Shown piece by piece: positions 29,379 to 38,650 of a stretch of 64,000 nucleotides of DNA. Below the pieces are notes generated by a model. That model searched no databases. It saw nothing but the letters and a program-made list of their open reading frames with translations, and was not told where the DNA came from. The stretch's first letter is position 1, and every line of letters begins with the position of its first letter. The position numbers were made by a program, and so were the translations under genes. Source of the stretch: Vicinamibacterales bacterium (lineage in GTDB: Bacteria; Acidobacteriota; Vicinamibacteria; Vicinamibacterales; UBA8438). The stretch is taken from assembly GCA_965220695.1 (NCBI GenBank), contig OZ244838.1:2623274-2687273 (forward strand), given 5' to 3'.

Positions 29379-30466
29379 CAGGCGCGGGGCGGTGACGGCG
29401 GGAGATCCGGGACGCCGGTCCAGCCGTCGATCCACTGCGGGCCATACACCGCGTGGGCGCGGATAGGGCGCCAGTACCGCTCGGCGTATCTCGCCGTCCA
29501 GAGCCGATAGTAGGCTTTCGCCCCCAACAGACAGGCGCGAAAGAGCGGCGTGTCGAAAAAGAGCCGTTTCAGCACCGACCGGCGCAGCAGGTGCTCGACC
29601 ATCGAGACGGTGTTGTGGCGGGCGGGCACGAACGGCACGACCGAGGCTTCGGGCGCCAGTCCCCTGACCTCGATGCGCGCACGGTCGGTGACGCCGATGC
29701 CCCGCTCGGCGCAGCGCTGCAGATGCGGCACCGCCGCCGGGTCGATCCCCATGCAGATCGCCTGCACGGTATCCAGCGCCACCGGGTCGGTCGAACAGAG
29801 GATCCGGTCGGCGAGTCGCGGCCGCCCGGACTTCGGGCCGTTGCCTTCGAGCCCGACAGTGGCATCCATGACGCACAGTGCCGGACGGACGACCTGATTG
29901 AGATCGGACAGCGCGTCGTCGAGCACCAGGTGATATTCGTGGCGCATCCTGTTCAGGCATCCCCACTGGTTCTTGAGCGCCCCCGTGATCACCGTCTTGG
30001 CGTGGGTCTTCATGACCGGCACGGTAATCAGCAGCGTGTCACACAGGATGCGGGGTACCTGCACCTCCTTCAACACCACGTTGCCGGGCATCGCCACCGT
30101 GACGGTCGGCGACCGCTCCATGTTGACCCACTCGACGCCGGTCCGACGGCAGACGGCGGCCATGCCGCTGCGGTGAAACGCCGACTCGACGTCCTCCAGC
30201 ACCTGGTCGGCCTCGACCATGTAGATGGCGCCGACGTGCTCGCGCAACTCCAGGATGAGCGACTCGGCGACCAGGGGGGAGGTGATGGATCCGGGAATGA
30301 ACAGGTCCCAGCCGAGATTGACCTTGAGCGACACGTCGGCGCCGCGGGGAACCGCGCGCCGCCATTCGGCCGCGTCGAGCGCTTGCCGCACCGCGGTTCG
30401 GACATCGTCGACCACCGGCTCGACCGCGACGACGGACCGTGGGCCGTCAGGCAGAAACTCTGACAC
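29378..30466 (-). CDS. DUF362 domain-containing protein with a C-terminal extension
   Basis: 'VSLKVNLGW', 'VPVMKTHAKTVITGALKNQWGCL' and 'DATVGLEGNGP' match the DUF362 pattern as I recall it. Confidence 0.6.
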   Translation of the reverse strand: MSEFLPDGPRSVVAVEPVVDDVRTAVRQALDAAEWRRAVPRGADVSLKVNLGWDLFIPGSITSPLVAESLILELREHVGAIYMVEADQVLEDVESAFHRSGMAAVCRRTGVEWVNMERSPTVTVAMPGNVVLKEVQVPRILCDTLLITVPVMKTHAKTVITGALKNQWGCLNRMRHEYHLVLDDALSDLNQVVRPALCVMDATVGLEGNGPKSGRPRLADRILCSTDPVALDTVQAICMGIDPAAVPHLQRCAERGIGVTDRARIEVRGLAPEASVVPFVPARHNTVSMVEHLLRRSVLKRLFFDTPLFRACLLGAKAYYRLWTARYAERYWRPIRAHAVYGPQWIDGWTGVPDLPPSPPRA

Positions 30467-30514
30467 CGTCCCCCATTCTCCAATCCAATGCCGGCGCCCG
30501 CGGAACGGCGTCCG

Positions 30515-32017
30515 CTATCGAAGCGCCGCCCGCACCGGCCGCCCCGGCGCAGCACCATCGACGAGCGCTTCGTCGCGCACGACGAAGGTGCCGGCGACCA
30601 GAACGTGCACGATACCGTCCGAGTAGCGGTCCGGCTGGTCATACGTCGCACGGTCGATCACCCGCGCCGGATCGAACAGCGTCAGGTCGGCGTCGGCCCC
30701 GGCCTGGACCCGGCCCTTGGCCGCCATGGCGGGAACGACGGCCTCCAGATGACGGGCCGGCATCAGGGTCATCTTCCTGAGCGCGTCCATCAAGGTCAGA
30801 ACGCCGCGGTCCCGCACGTAATGTCCCAGAATCCGGGCGAACGTGCCGGCGCCGCGTGGATGCGCCCGTCCCTCGCTGAATGGAATGCCGTCGCTGGCGG
30901 CGATGACGTCGGGCTGGCTCACGATCCATTCGTTCGTCGCCTCCGAACGACCATGCGTGATGACCCAGCCCCCCTGCTCCCGGTACGTGCGAAACGTCTC
31001 GCGGGTCAGCCGCTCACCCGTCTCCACCCACTGAAGCTGTCCGTACTCGTCCGGCGGCCGGTCGACCCAACGGTCGAAGAGGGCCGATTCGATGCGGCTG
31101 GCGCTGGCGGTGTACGGGTAGGCCTCGGTCGTGACGTCCACGCCGCGCGCCTGCGCCCCGCGTATGAGCTCGAGCGCGGCGGGCGCGGACTCGCCGGCGC
31201 TGCTGTTCATGTGCACGATATGCACGGCGGCGCCGGTGCCGGCGGCGTTGGCCACCACTTCCTGGAACGGCGCGATCGCCCCGCCCGCGCTGAAGGCGGC
31301 GGCCGACCTGAGGTGGATATGGACCGGCACGCGCCGCGCCGCCGCCACCCCGAACAACCGCAAGAGTTCTTCGTGGCTGGCGCCGGGGGTATAGCTGATG
31401 CCGAACCCGACACCGAGCCCGCCGTGATCGAGACCCTGCTCCAGCAGGCGCGTCAGGCGCTGCAACTCTTCCTCGGACGCCGCGTCGTACAGATACCCGT
31501 CGTCCGTCCCCACCCGCCCCAGCGAGAATGTGCCTTCGTCGTTCCGCTGCGCGATCAGCGCGCCGAACGCGTCGCGGCGCGCCCCCTGATGACTGACCGA
31601 CGCGCCGAAGTTGATCAGCGCGCGTCCCTCGTGCGCCGCGTACCAGGCATCCACCGGAAAGACGCCGATCTCCAGCTCGAGCGCCGTCGTGACCCCATCG
31701 CGGGCCTGGTATCGACGGCTCGCCGCATCCTGGCCGTGCGCGTGCAGATCGATGAAGCCGGGCGCCACGACCAGCCCCGAGGCGTCGAGGGTCTCGCCCG
31801 CCGGCGGCGTTCCGTCGGAGACCGCGACGATCACGCCATCGCGAATCGCGACGTTGCCGACGGCATCGAGCCCGCTCTCGGGGTCCATCACCCGGCCGCC
31901 GGTGATCAGCAGATCCAGCGGGTCCGCGTCGGAGGCCTGGCCGCAGGCGGCGGTCAGGCCGACCACCGCCGCCAGCGTCACCGCGCGGACCGCCTCATGG
32001 CGCATCATGACAGTCAT
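30515..32017 (-). CDS. amidohydrolase, N-acyl-D-amino-acid deacylase-like lipoprotein
   Basis: GGGAGA RBS. Lipobox LTAACG. 'DLLITGGRVMDPESG...VAIRDGVIVAV...DASGLVVAPGFIDLHAHG'. Confidence 0.75.
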   Translation of the reverse strand: MTVMMRHEAVRAVTLAAVVGLTAACGQASDADPLDLLITGGRVMDPESGLDAVGNVAIRDGVIVAVSDGTPPAGETLDASGLVVAPGFIDLHAHGQDAASRRYQARDGVTTALELEIGVFPVDAWYAAHEGRALINFGASVSHQGARRDAFGALIAQRNDEGTFSLGRVGTDDGYLYDAASEEELQRLTRLLEQGLDHGGLGVGFGISYTPGASHEELLRLFGVAAARRVPVHIHLRSAAAFSAGGAIAPFQEVVANAAGTGAAVHIVHMNSSAGESAPAALELIRGAQARGVDVTTEAYPYTASASRIESALFDRWVDRPPDEYGQLQWVETGERLTRETFRTYREQGGWVITHGRSEATNEWIVSQPDVIAASDGIPFSEGRAHPRGAGTFARILGHYVRDRGVLTLMDALRKMTLMPARHLEAVVPAMAAKGRVQAGADADLTLFDPARVIDRATYDQPDRYSDGIVHVLVAGTFVVRDEALVDGAAPGRPVRAALR

Positions 32018-32060
32018 TGTGTCTCCCTGGGGCGCGCCGGCAAAAAGCGGCGCCGCAGGA

Positions 32061-33500
32061 CTACCAGAATCCCAGCATCCGCCACCACAGCATCCCGACC
32101 GTCAGCACGATCGCGAGATTCGCGACCGACGCGTAGAATCCGACACGCCACCAGTCTTTCAGCGTGACATAGCCTTCGATGAAGATGACCGGCGACGTCG
32201 TGGTGCCATAGTGCGTCAGACCGGCGGTCAGGTTGTTGACGAACACCAGGCTGTAGGCCACCACCGGCGCCGGTGCGCCGAGACCGATCAGCAGTACCAC
32301 GAACGGGGGATACAACGCGATCGCGTGCGCGGTGGTGCTGGCGAAGAAGTAGTGGGCGTAGTAGTAGATGGCCAGCGCTGCCAGGAAGACGACGACCCAG
32401 GACGCGCCGGGAAACCATGACCCGAACCACTCGGCGAAGAGGGTCGTGACACCGGTCTCGTTCAGAACGCCGCCCATCATCAGCAGTCCGCCGTACCAGA
32501 CGAAGACGTCCCACGCGGACCGCTCGTCGAGGGCGCTGTCCCAGCTCAGCGCACGGGTGACGAACAACACCGTGATCCCCAGGAACGCCACCAGCGTCGG
32601 CGACAGCCAGCCGATATATGACGAGGCCACCCAGAACGCGATCAGCCCGATGAAGACCAGACCCACGATCGCCTCGCGGCCGCGGATGGGCCCCAGCGCC
32701 GCCAGTTGCTCGCTGGCGAACCGCGACGCGGCCGGCGTCCGCTTCAGCTCCGGCGACATCAGCCGGTAGACGAGATACGGCACCGCGATGCTCGACACGA
32801 TGCCTGGCCCCAGACCGGCCATGAACCAACTGGTCCAGGTGATCGTCACCCCCGCGTACTCGCCGGCCAGATCGCCCAGCAACAGATTCGCCGCGCTGCT
32901 GTAGAAGAACATCGCCGACGAGATCACACTGCCCTGATACAGACAGGTCATCAGGAAGGCGCCCAGAACGGCCGACGATGCACCCGGATTCGACTGATAC
33001 AGACTACTGATGCTGCGCGCAATGGGAAACACGATGCTGGCCGAGCGCGCCGTGATCGATGGCACGCCGGTGGCGAGCGTGAGGTCGCTCAGATGCAACG
33101 CGTACCCGAGTCCGAGCGACGTGCGGCCGATGGCGCGAACGAACCAGAGGGCGATGCGCCGCGCCAGGCCGCACTCGCGAAGCGCCCGCGACATGAGCAT
33201 CGCCATGAGCACCATCCAGACCGACGGCGCCGAATAGCCCACCAGCGCCCGATCGATCGGCAGACCGCCGAGCACCAGCATCCCGACGACACCCACGATG
33301 ACCATGGGTGACCCGGGCAGCGGCTGCAGCATCAGCCCGCCGATGGTGGCGAAGAACACCGCGACGCGGCGCCAGCTCTGCGGGTCTATGCCCTCCGGAG
33401 GCGGCACGACATGGGCGATGACGAGGTAGAGGGCGGCGAGGGCCAGCAACCGGAGGGGTCTGACGGACGGCGTGCGCGAGTCGCTCGATTCGTCGGTCAT
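32061..33500 (-). CDS. DASS-family (SLC13-like) anion:sodium symporter
   Basis: Polytopic membrane protein of about 480 aa with DASS-like repeats. ATG 33500 preferred over GTG 33515. Confidence 0.7.
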   Translation of the reverse strand: MTDESSDSRTPSVRPLRLLALAALYLVIAHVVPPPEGIDPQSWRRVAVFFATIGGLMLQPLPGSPMVIVGVVGMLVLGGLPIDRALVGYSAPSVWMVLMAMLMSRALRECGLARRIALWFVRAIGRTSLGLGYALHLSDLTLATGVPSITARSASIVFPIARSISSLYQSNPGASSAVLGAFLMTCLYQGSVISSAMFFYSSAANLLLGDLAGEYAGVTITWTSWFMAGLGPGIVSSIAVPYLVYRLMSPELKRTPAASRFASEQLAALGPIRGREAIVGLVFIGLIAFWVASSYIGWLSPTLVAFLGITVLFVTRALSWDSALDERSAWDVFVWYGGLLMMGGVLNETGVTTLFAEWFGSWFPGASWVVVFLAALAIYYYAHYFFASTTAHAIALYPPFVVLLIGLGAPAPVVAYSLVFVNNLTAGLTHYGTTTSPVIFIEGYVTLKDWWRVGFYASVANLAIVLTVGMLWWRMLGFW

Positions 33501-33542
33501 GGCGGCGCGTCGCACGCTGGCGTGTGGAGCCCGTCTGCTCTA

Positions 33543-33799
33543 GCAGCCCGTGGCAAAAGCCCCGCTGCATTCGATCGGCGCTGAATTCTGCGCTTCCCCG
33601 CTGAATTCAGCTGTTTCACGCTGCATCCCGCCGATCTGCGTTGTATGCCACGAATCTGATTTGCATCTTGCGGATCGGCGTTGAAGGCCGCCGATCCGCT
33701 TGGCATCGGTCAAATACTGCCGGTATTCTCCCTCTTCTCGCCTTGCTCAGCGGGCGCATCGCCAATCTCGGTGCAACGCGGGGTTCTACCACGGGCTGC
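33543..33799 (+). mobile_element. MITE-like element, copy D (257 bp, largest)
   Basis: GCAGCCCGTGGCAAAAGCCCCGCTGCA ... TGCAACGCGGGGTTCTACCACGGGCTGC ends. TA on both flanks (33541-42 and 33800-01). Confidence 0.85.
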
Positions 33800-33985
33800 T
33801 ACGAGACCCGTTCGAGCGCGACGGCCAGTGCTCGGGCGTGCCGGCCGGACGGCGCACGCACGCCGTCGTCGATGAAGGCGTCACTCATGGAGCGGTGCTC
33901 AGTATACCCGGGACGCCCGCCGGCCGCAGGCGCCGGCACCGATGCCGGATCCGAGCGCGGCGGCCGGCGCTATAATCTCCCTTCC

Positions 33986-35167
33986 ATGCCGCCGCTGCAC
34001 GGTCTCCGCGTCATCGACCTCACTCGCGTCCTGGCCGGCCCCTACTGCGCGATGATGCTGGGAGACATGGGCGCCGAGGTCATCAAGGTCGAGGAGCCGT
34101 CACAGGGCGACGACACCCGCGCCTGGGCGCCGTTTCAGGACGGCGTCAGCACGTTCTTCCTCGGTCTGAACCGCAGCAAGAAGAGCGTGGCGCTCGACCT
34201 GAAGACCACCGCCGGCGCGGACACGTTGCGCCGGCTCATCCGCAGCGCGGACATCCTGATCGAGAACTTCCGGCCGGGCAGTCTGAAGAAGCTGGGGTTC
34301 GACTATGACGCGGTGCGGCAGTGGCACCCGCAGCTCGTCTTCTGCTCGATCACCGGCTACGGCCAGCAGGGACCGAAGCGCGACCTGCCAGGTTACGATG
34401 CGGTCATCCAGGGGGAATCGGGAGTCATGCACGTGACCGGTCAGCGCGACGGCCCTCCGACGCGGGTGGGGGTCGCCATGACGGACTACCTGGCCGGTCT
34501 GTATGCCATGAACGGCATCCTGCTGGCGCTGCGCGACCGCGACGAGACCGGTCTGGGCCAGCACGTGGACATTGCACTGCTCGATTCGATGACCTCGACG
34601 CTCGCCCTGCCCGCCAACGTGTACTTCGCCAGCGGCGAAGAACTGGGCCGGGAAGGCAACGACCACCACTCGCTGACGCCGTACGAAACGGTCGCCGTCA
34701 GCGACGGTCTCGTTGTGGTGGCGGTCGGCAACCAGCGTCTCTGGCAACAGTTCTGCCAGGCGATCGGCGAACCGCAGCTCGAGACCGATCCCCGCTTCGT
34801 GACGAATACCGACCGGATGCGGCACCGTGCGGCGCTCAAGGACGTGCTGCAGCGCCTCGTCGCCGGACTGACCAGAGCGCAGTTGATCGGCCGGCTCCAG
34901 ACCCACGCCGTGCCCTGCGGAGAGGTGCGCACGGTGGCCGAGGCGCTGGCGGATCCCCAACTCGCGGCGCGCGAGATGGTGGTCGAAGTCCACCATCCCG
35001 ACCTGGGACCCGTGCGCGCACTGGGCAACCCCATCAAGCTGTCGCGCACGCCGGCGGTGATTCGCCGGCCCCCGCCGGGGCTGGGCGAGCATACGGCCGA
35101 GGTGGTCGAGTCGCTGACCGGCGATGAGGGATCCCCGGCGCCCGCGCCTGTCAAGGTGACCGAGTGA
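33986..35167 (+). CDS. CaiB/BaiF family (class III) CoA-transferase
   Basis: 'LHGLRVIDLTRVLAGPYCAMMLGDMGAEVIKVE' and 'PGYD..IQ' motifs. Confidence 0.85.
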   Translation: MPPLHGLRVIDLTRVLAGPYCAMMLGDMGAEVIKVEEPSQGDDTRAWAPFQDGVSTFFLGLNRSKKSVALDLKTTAGADTLRRLIRSADILIENFRPGSLKKLGFDYDAVRQWHPQLVFCSITGYGQQGPKRDLPGYDAVIQGESGVMHVTGQRDGPPTRVGVAMTDYLAGLYAMNGILLALRDRDETGLGQHVDIALLDSMTSTLALPANVYFASGEELGREGNDHHSLTPYETVAVSDGLVVVAVGNQRLWQQFCQAIGEPQLETDPRFVTNTDRMRHRAALKDVLQRLVAGLTRAQLIGRLQTHAVPCGEVRTVAEALADPQLAAREMVVEVHHPDLGPVRALGNPIKLSRTPAVIRRPPPGLGEHTAEVVESLTGDEGSPAPAPVKVTE

Positions 35168-35559
35168 CGTCCCGGCCGCTCGCGGGAGCGATGCTCGTCC
35201 TGTGGTCGCCGGTCGCCGTCGGACAGGCGCCGGCCAGCTACACGGTGAGCCAGGCGCGCGCCGGCGAGACCACGTATCAGGACGTGTGCGCCTCCTGCCA
35301 CATGCAGGATCTGGCCGGCGCGTCGGATACCCCCGAGTTGGCGGGCGCAGCGTTCCGGGGCATGTGGGGCGGACGGCCAGCCAGCGACCTCTTCGACTAC
35401 ATCAAGGCGGCCATGCCACCGGCCGGCCGGAAGCCGGACGACGAGGCGCTCACGGATGTGGTTGCCTACATTCTGCGCAGCAACGGCATGCCCTCCGGAA
35501 ACACCCCGCTCGACGCCACGGCGGTGGGCGTCATCGCCCGTACCTCTGCGGGCCGCTGA
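35164..35559 (+). CDS. c-type cytochrome (class I, secreted)
   Basis: GTGA start/stop overlap with the CoA-transferase gene. Signal peptide. CASCH heme-binding motif and a distal Met (AAMPP). Confidence 0.7.
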   Translation: MTSRPLAGAMLVLWSPVAVGQAPASYTVSQARAGETTYQDVCASCHMQDLAGASDTPELAGAAFRGMWGGRPASDLFDYIKAAMPPAGRKPDDEALTDVVAYILRSNGMPSGNTPLDATAVGVIARTSAGR

Positions 35560-35647
35560 TGCTCGGCCCGGCCGGCGGCGGGACGCCGTCCGGCCCGGAC
35601 TGCTATGATGGGCAGTAAGCCTTGTCACGCGAAACTGGAGTGTCGAC

Positions 35648-36478
35648 GTGATACCGGTCGCCTCACCGTTCCGCCCCGGCGGTCAGTACTTCGCACTGGC
35701 GGTCGGGATCGCACTCGCGGTGCTCGTCGTCGGCCTTGCCGCGTGGTTCTTCATCTCGAGCGGCGACGCACCGGCCGCTGCGCCTGAGCCGACCGTGACC
35801 GCACCGGCGCCCGCGCCAGCGCCGGCACCGCCGCCTGCCGAAGACACCGAGACCATCGACCTGCCGCCGCTGAACGACAGCGATTCACTGGTGGGCGCGT
35901 TGGTGTCGGCCTTGACCGCGCACCCGGGCCTCGCCGCCTGGCTGATACCGGACGACCTGGTGCGCCGGTTCGTGGTGGCGGTCGAAAACGTGGCCAACGG
36001 TCGCAATCCGGCCCGGCACCTCATGCCGCTGCGGCCCACGCAGCGCGTCCTGACCGCCGGCGCAGCGCCGCGGCTGACCCTCGACCGTGCCAGCTACGCC
36101 CGCTACGACACCCATGCCGAGATCGTCGCCTCGATCGACCCGGCCGGCGCCGCTGACCTGTATCGCACGATCCGTCCGCTGATCACCGCGGCCTATGCCG
36201 AACTGGGACATCCGGAAGACGGGTTCGACGCCACGCTGCGGCGCGCGTTGGAGAACCTGCTCCGAACGCCCGTCGTCGAAAGGGACGTGGTGCTGGTCCC
36301 CCGCGCGGCGTTCTTCGAGTTCGCCGACGCCGAGCTCGAAGACCTGCTGGCGGTGCAGAAGCAGTTCCTGGGCATGGGCCCGCGCAATGTCAGCGCCGTC
36401 CAGGCGAGTCTGCTCGCCATCGCCGCGGCACTGGGAATCGATCCAGCCGGTCTGCCCACCCCCGCGGTCATTCGCTAG
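35648..36478 (+). CDS. DUF3014 domain-containing membrane-anchored protein
   Basis: N-terminal TM segment, Pro/Ala linker, then 'LPPLNDSD...', 'YARYD' and 'FADAELEDLLAVQKQFLGMGPRN', resembling DUF3014. Confidence 0.55.
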   Translation: MIPVASPFRPGGQYFALAVGIALAVLVVGLAAWFFISSGDAPAAAPEPTVTAPAPAPAPAPPPAEDTETIDLPPLNDSDSLVGALVSALTAHPGLAAWLIPDDLVRRFVVAVENVANGRNPARHLMPLRPTQRVLTAGAAPRLTLDRASYARYDTHAEIVASIDPAGAADLYRTIRPLITAAYAELGHPEDGFDATLRRALENLLRTPVVERDVVLVPRAAFFEFADAELEDLLAVQKQFLGMGPRNVSAVQASLLAIAAALGIDPAGLPTPAVIR

Positions 36479-36528
36479 GGCGGGCGGCTCACGCTGACGC
36501 ACCACGCCACCGGTGATAAGGTGAACGG

Positions 36529-38241
36529 GTGCGACTCGCCCTCTGCCAGTGCAACCTCCCGGTCGGCGATCTCGATGCCAACGCGACCCGCATCCGCACG
36601 CTGATCGCGGAGGCGGTCGACCAGGGCGCCGACCTGACGATCTTTCCAGAGCTGTCGATTACCGGCTACCCGCCGGAGGACCTGCTGCTCAACCCGCGCC
36701 TCGCCGCACGCGCGGCGGAACTGGTTCGCGAGCTGGCCCCGGCCGTCACCGACACCGTGGCGATCGTCGGGTTGCCCGTCTTGTCGACCGACCTGCACAA
36801 TGCGGCCGTCGTGCTCGCGGGCGGCGAGGTCGCTGCGACCTATCGGAAGCACTTCCTTCCCAACTACGGCGTCTTCGACGAACAACGCTACTTCGCGCGC
36901 GGCGACGACGGCCTCGTCATCGATCTGACAGGGGTCCGTGTCGGCGTCACGATTTGCGAAGACCTCTGGTATCCGGGCGGCCCCGGACGATGGGCGGCCG
37001 TGGACAGCGGCGCGGCGCTGGTGGTCAACCTCTCGGGCTCGCCGTATCACCGCGGCAAGGGCATCGAACGAGAGCGGATGCTGGCGCAGCGAGCCGCGGA
37101 CTATGCCTGCTTCATCGCCTTTTGCAACGCCGTCGGCGGACAGGACGAGCTGGTTTTCGATGGACACAGCCTGGTGATTGACCCGACCGGCGCGGTGGTC
37201 GCCCGCGGCGCGCAGTTCGACGAAGACCTGCTGGTCGTGGACATCGATGCGGGGTGCGCCGGCCGGCGGCGGCTGCACGACCCGCGCTGGCGCCAACCAT
37301 CGAGCACGGCGCCAGCGCGGGTGCGGACGGTGACGGCGCCGGGTCGGCCGCCGCGTCCGCGGGCGGCCCGGGCGCCGGCAGTCAGCACGTTGCTCGACCC
37401 GCCCGCCGAGGTCTACCGGGCGCTGACGCTCGGCACCGCCGACTACGTCCGCAAGAACGGCTTTCAACACGCGGTGCTCGGTCTCTCCGGCGGCATCGAT
37501 TCGGCCCTGGCGCTGACGGTCGCCGCCGACGCGCTCGGCCCCGATGCCCTGACGGCGGTCTCCATGCCCTCGCGGTTCACGGCCGACATGAACAGGGAGG
37601 ATGCCCGTGAGCTCGCCGGCGGGCTCGGCGTCGAACTGCTCGAGCTGCCCATCGTCAATCTGGCCGACGCGTACGAACGGGCGCTGGCCGGGCCGTTCGC
37701 CGACGCCGAACCGAACGTGGCGGAAGAGAATCTGCAGGCGCGAATCAGGGGCAACCTGCTGATGGCGCTCTCGAACAAGTTCGGATGGCTGGTCCTGACG
37801 ACCGGGAACAAGAGCGAGATGAGCGTCGGCTACGCCACGCTCTACGGCGACATGGCCGGCGGGTTCGCCATCCTCAAGGATGTGTTCAAGACCTGGGTCT
37901 ATCGACTCGCGCGCTGGCGCAACCGTAACGGTACGGTCATTCCGCGGCGCATCATCGACAAGGCGCCCTCGGCGGAGCTCAGGGCGAACCAGCTCGACAC
38001 CGACAGCCTGCCGCCATACGACACGCTCGACGCGGTGCTGGAGGCCTACGTGGAAGCTGACCGCAGCCCGGCGGACGTGGCCCAGTCGGGTTTCGACCAG
38101 GCGCTCGTCGAGCGCGTCGTCTCGCTGGTGGACCGCTCGGAATACAAGCGCCGTCAGGCCCCGCCCGGGGTCCGCATCTCGGTGCGCGCCTTTGGCCGCG
38201 ACCGGCGGCTGCCGATCTCGAACCGCTACCGCGGGCGGTAG
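36529..38241 (+). CDS. nadE: glutamine-dependent NAD+ synthetase
   Basis: N-terminal CN-hydrolase domain (FPELSITGYPPEDL, C in ICEDLW). C-terminal 'GLSGGIDSA' PP-loop domain. Confidence 0.9.
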   Translation: MRLALCQCNLPVGDLDANATRIRTLIAEAVDQGADLTIFPELSITGYPPEDLLLNPRLAARAAELVRELAPAVTDTVAIVGLPVLSTDLHNAAVVLAGGEVAATYRKHFLPNYGVFDEQRYFARGDDGLVIDLTGVRVGVTICEDLWYPGGPGRWAAVDSGAALVVNLSGSPYHRGKGIERERMLAQRAADYACFIAFCNAVGGQDELVFDGHSLVIDPTGAVVARGAQFDEDLLVVDIDAGCAGRRRLHDPRWRQPSSTAPARVRTVTAPGRPPRPRAARAPAVSTLLDPPAEVYRALTLGTADYVRKNGFQHAVLGLSGGIDSALALTVAADALGPDALTAVSMPSRFTADMNREDARELAGGLGVELLELPIVNLADAYERALAGPFADAEPNVAEENLQARIRGNLLMALSNKFGWLVLTTGNKSEMSVGYATLYGDMAGGFAILKDVFKTWVYRLARWRNRNGTVIPRRIIDKAPSAELRANQLDTDSLPPYDTLDAVLEAYVEADRSPADVAQSGFDQALVERVVSLVDRSEYKRRQAPPGVRISVRAFGRDRRLPISNRYRGR

Positions 38242-38299
38242 CCGCCCGGGTGCGGAGCGCCCGCGTCAGACACACGCACCACGCAGGCCCGGTGACCGG

Positions 38300-38650
38300 T
38301 TACCGCGGGCCGCCGGATTCGGGGTCCAGGGTGAGCATCTTCCCTTTCAGCATCTGCTGCAGGAACCGCGCAAGCCGCTGGTCCGCCGGCTCGATCCGGT
38401 CGCCGAAGCGCTCACGCAGGCGCGGCACGATGTCGGCCAACGAGGTGCGGCCGTCACACGCCTTCCAGATCAGCGAGCCGATTTCGTCGAGCCTGATGCG
38501 GTAGTGCGGGTCCCCGACGAGGCGGGCCAGCCGCCGGACGAGACGGTTGGTCCCGAAGCTCGGACGCAACAGCACGCAGCGCCCGTCTTCTTCACGCCAG
38601 TCGAGCATCCGCCGCGGGCGGACACCTGCGAAGTCGAGCCCGGCGGTCAT
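38300..38650 (-). CDS. PqqD-family (RRE-type) small protein
   Basis: 116 aa. 'RIRLDEIGSLIWKACDGRTSLADIVPRLRERFG....ADQRLARFLQQMLKGKML' fits the PqqD winged-helix pattern. Its ATG shares a nucleotide with the OPT gene's TGA. Confidence 0.6.
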   Translation of the reverse strand: MTAGLDFAGVRPRRMLDWREEDGRCVLLRPSFGTNRLVRRLARLVGDPHYRIRLDEIGSLIWKACDGRTSLADIVPRLRERFGDRIEPADQRLARFLQQMLKGKMLTLDPESGGPR

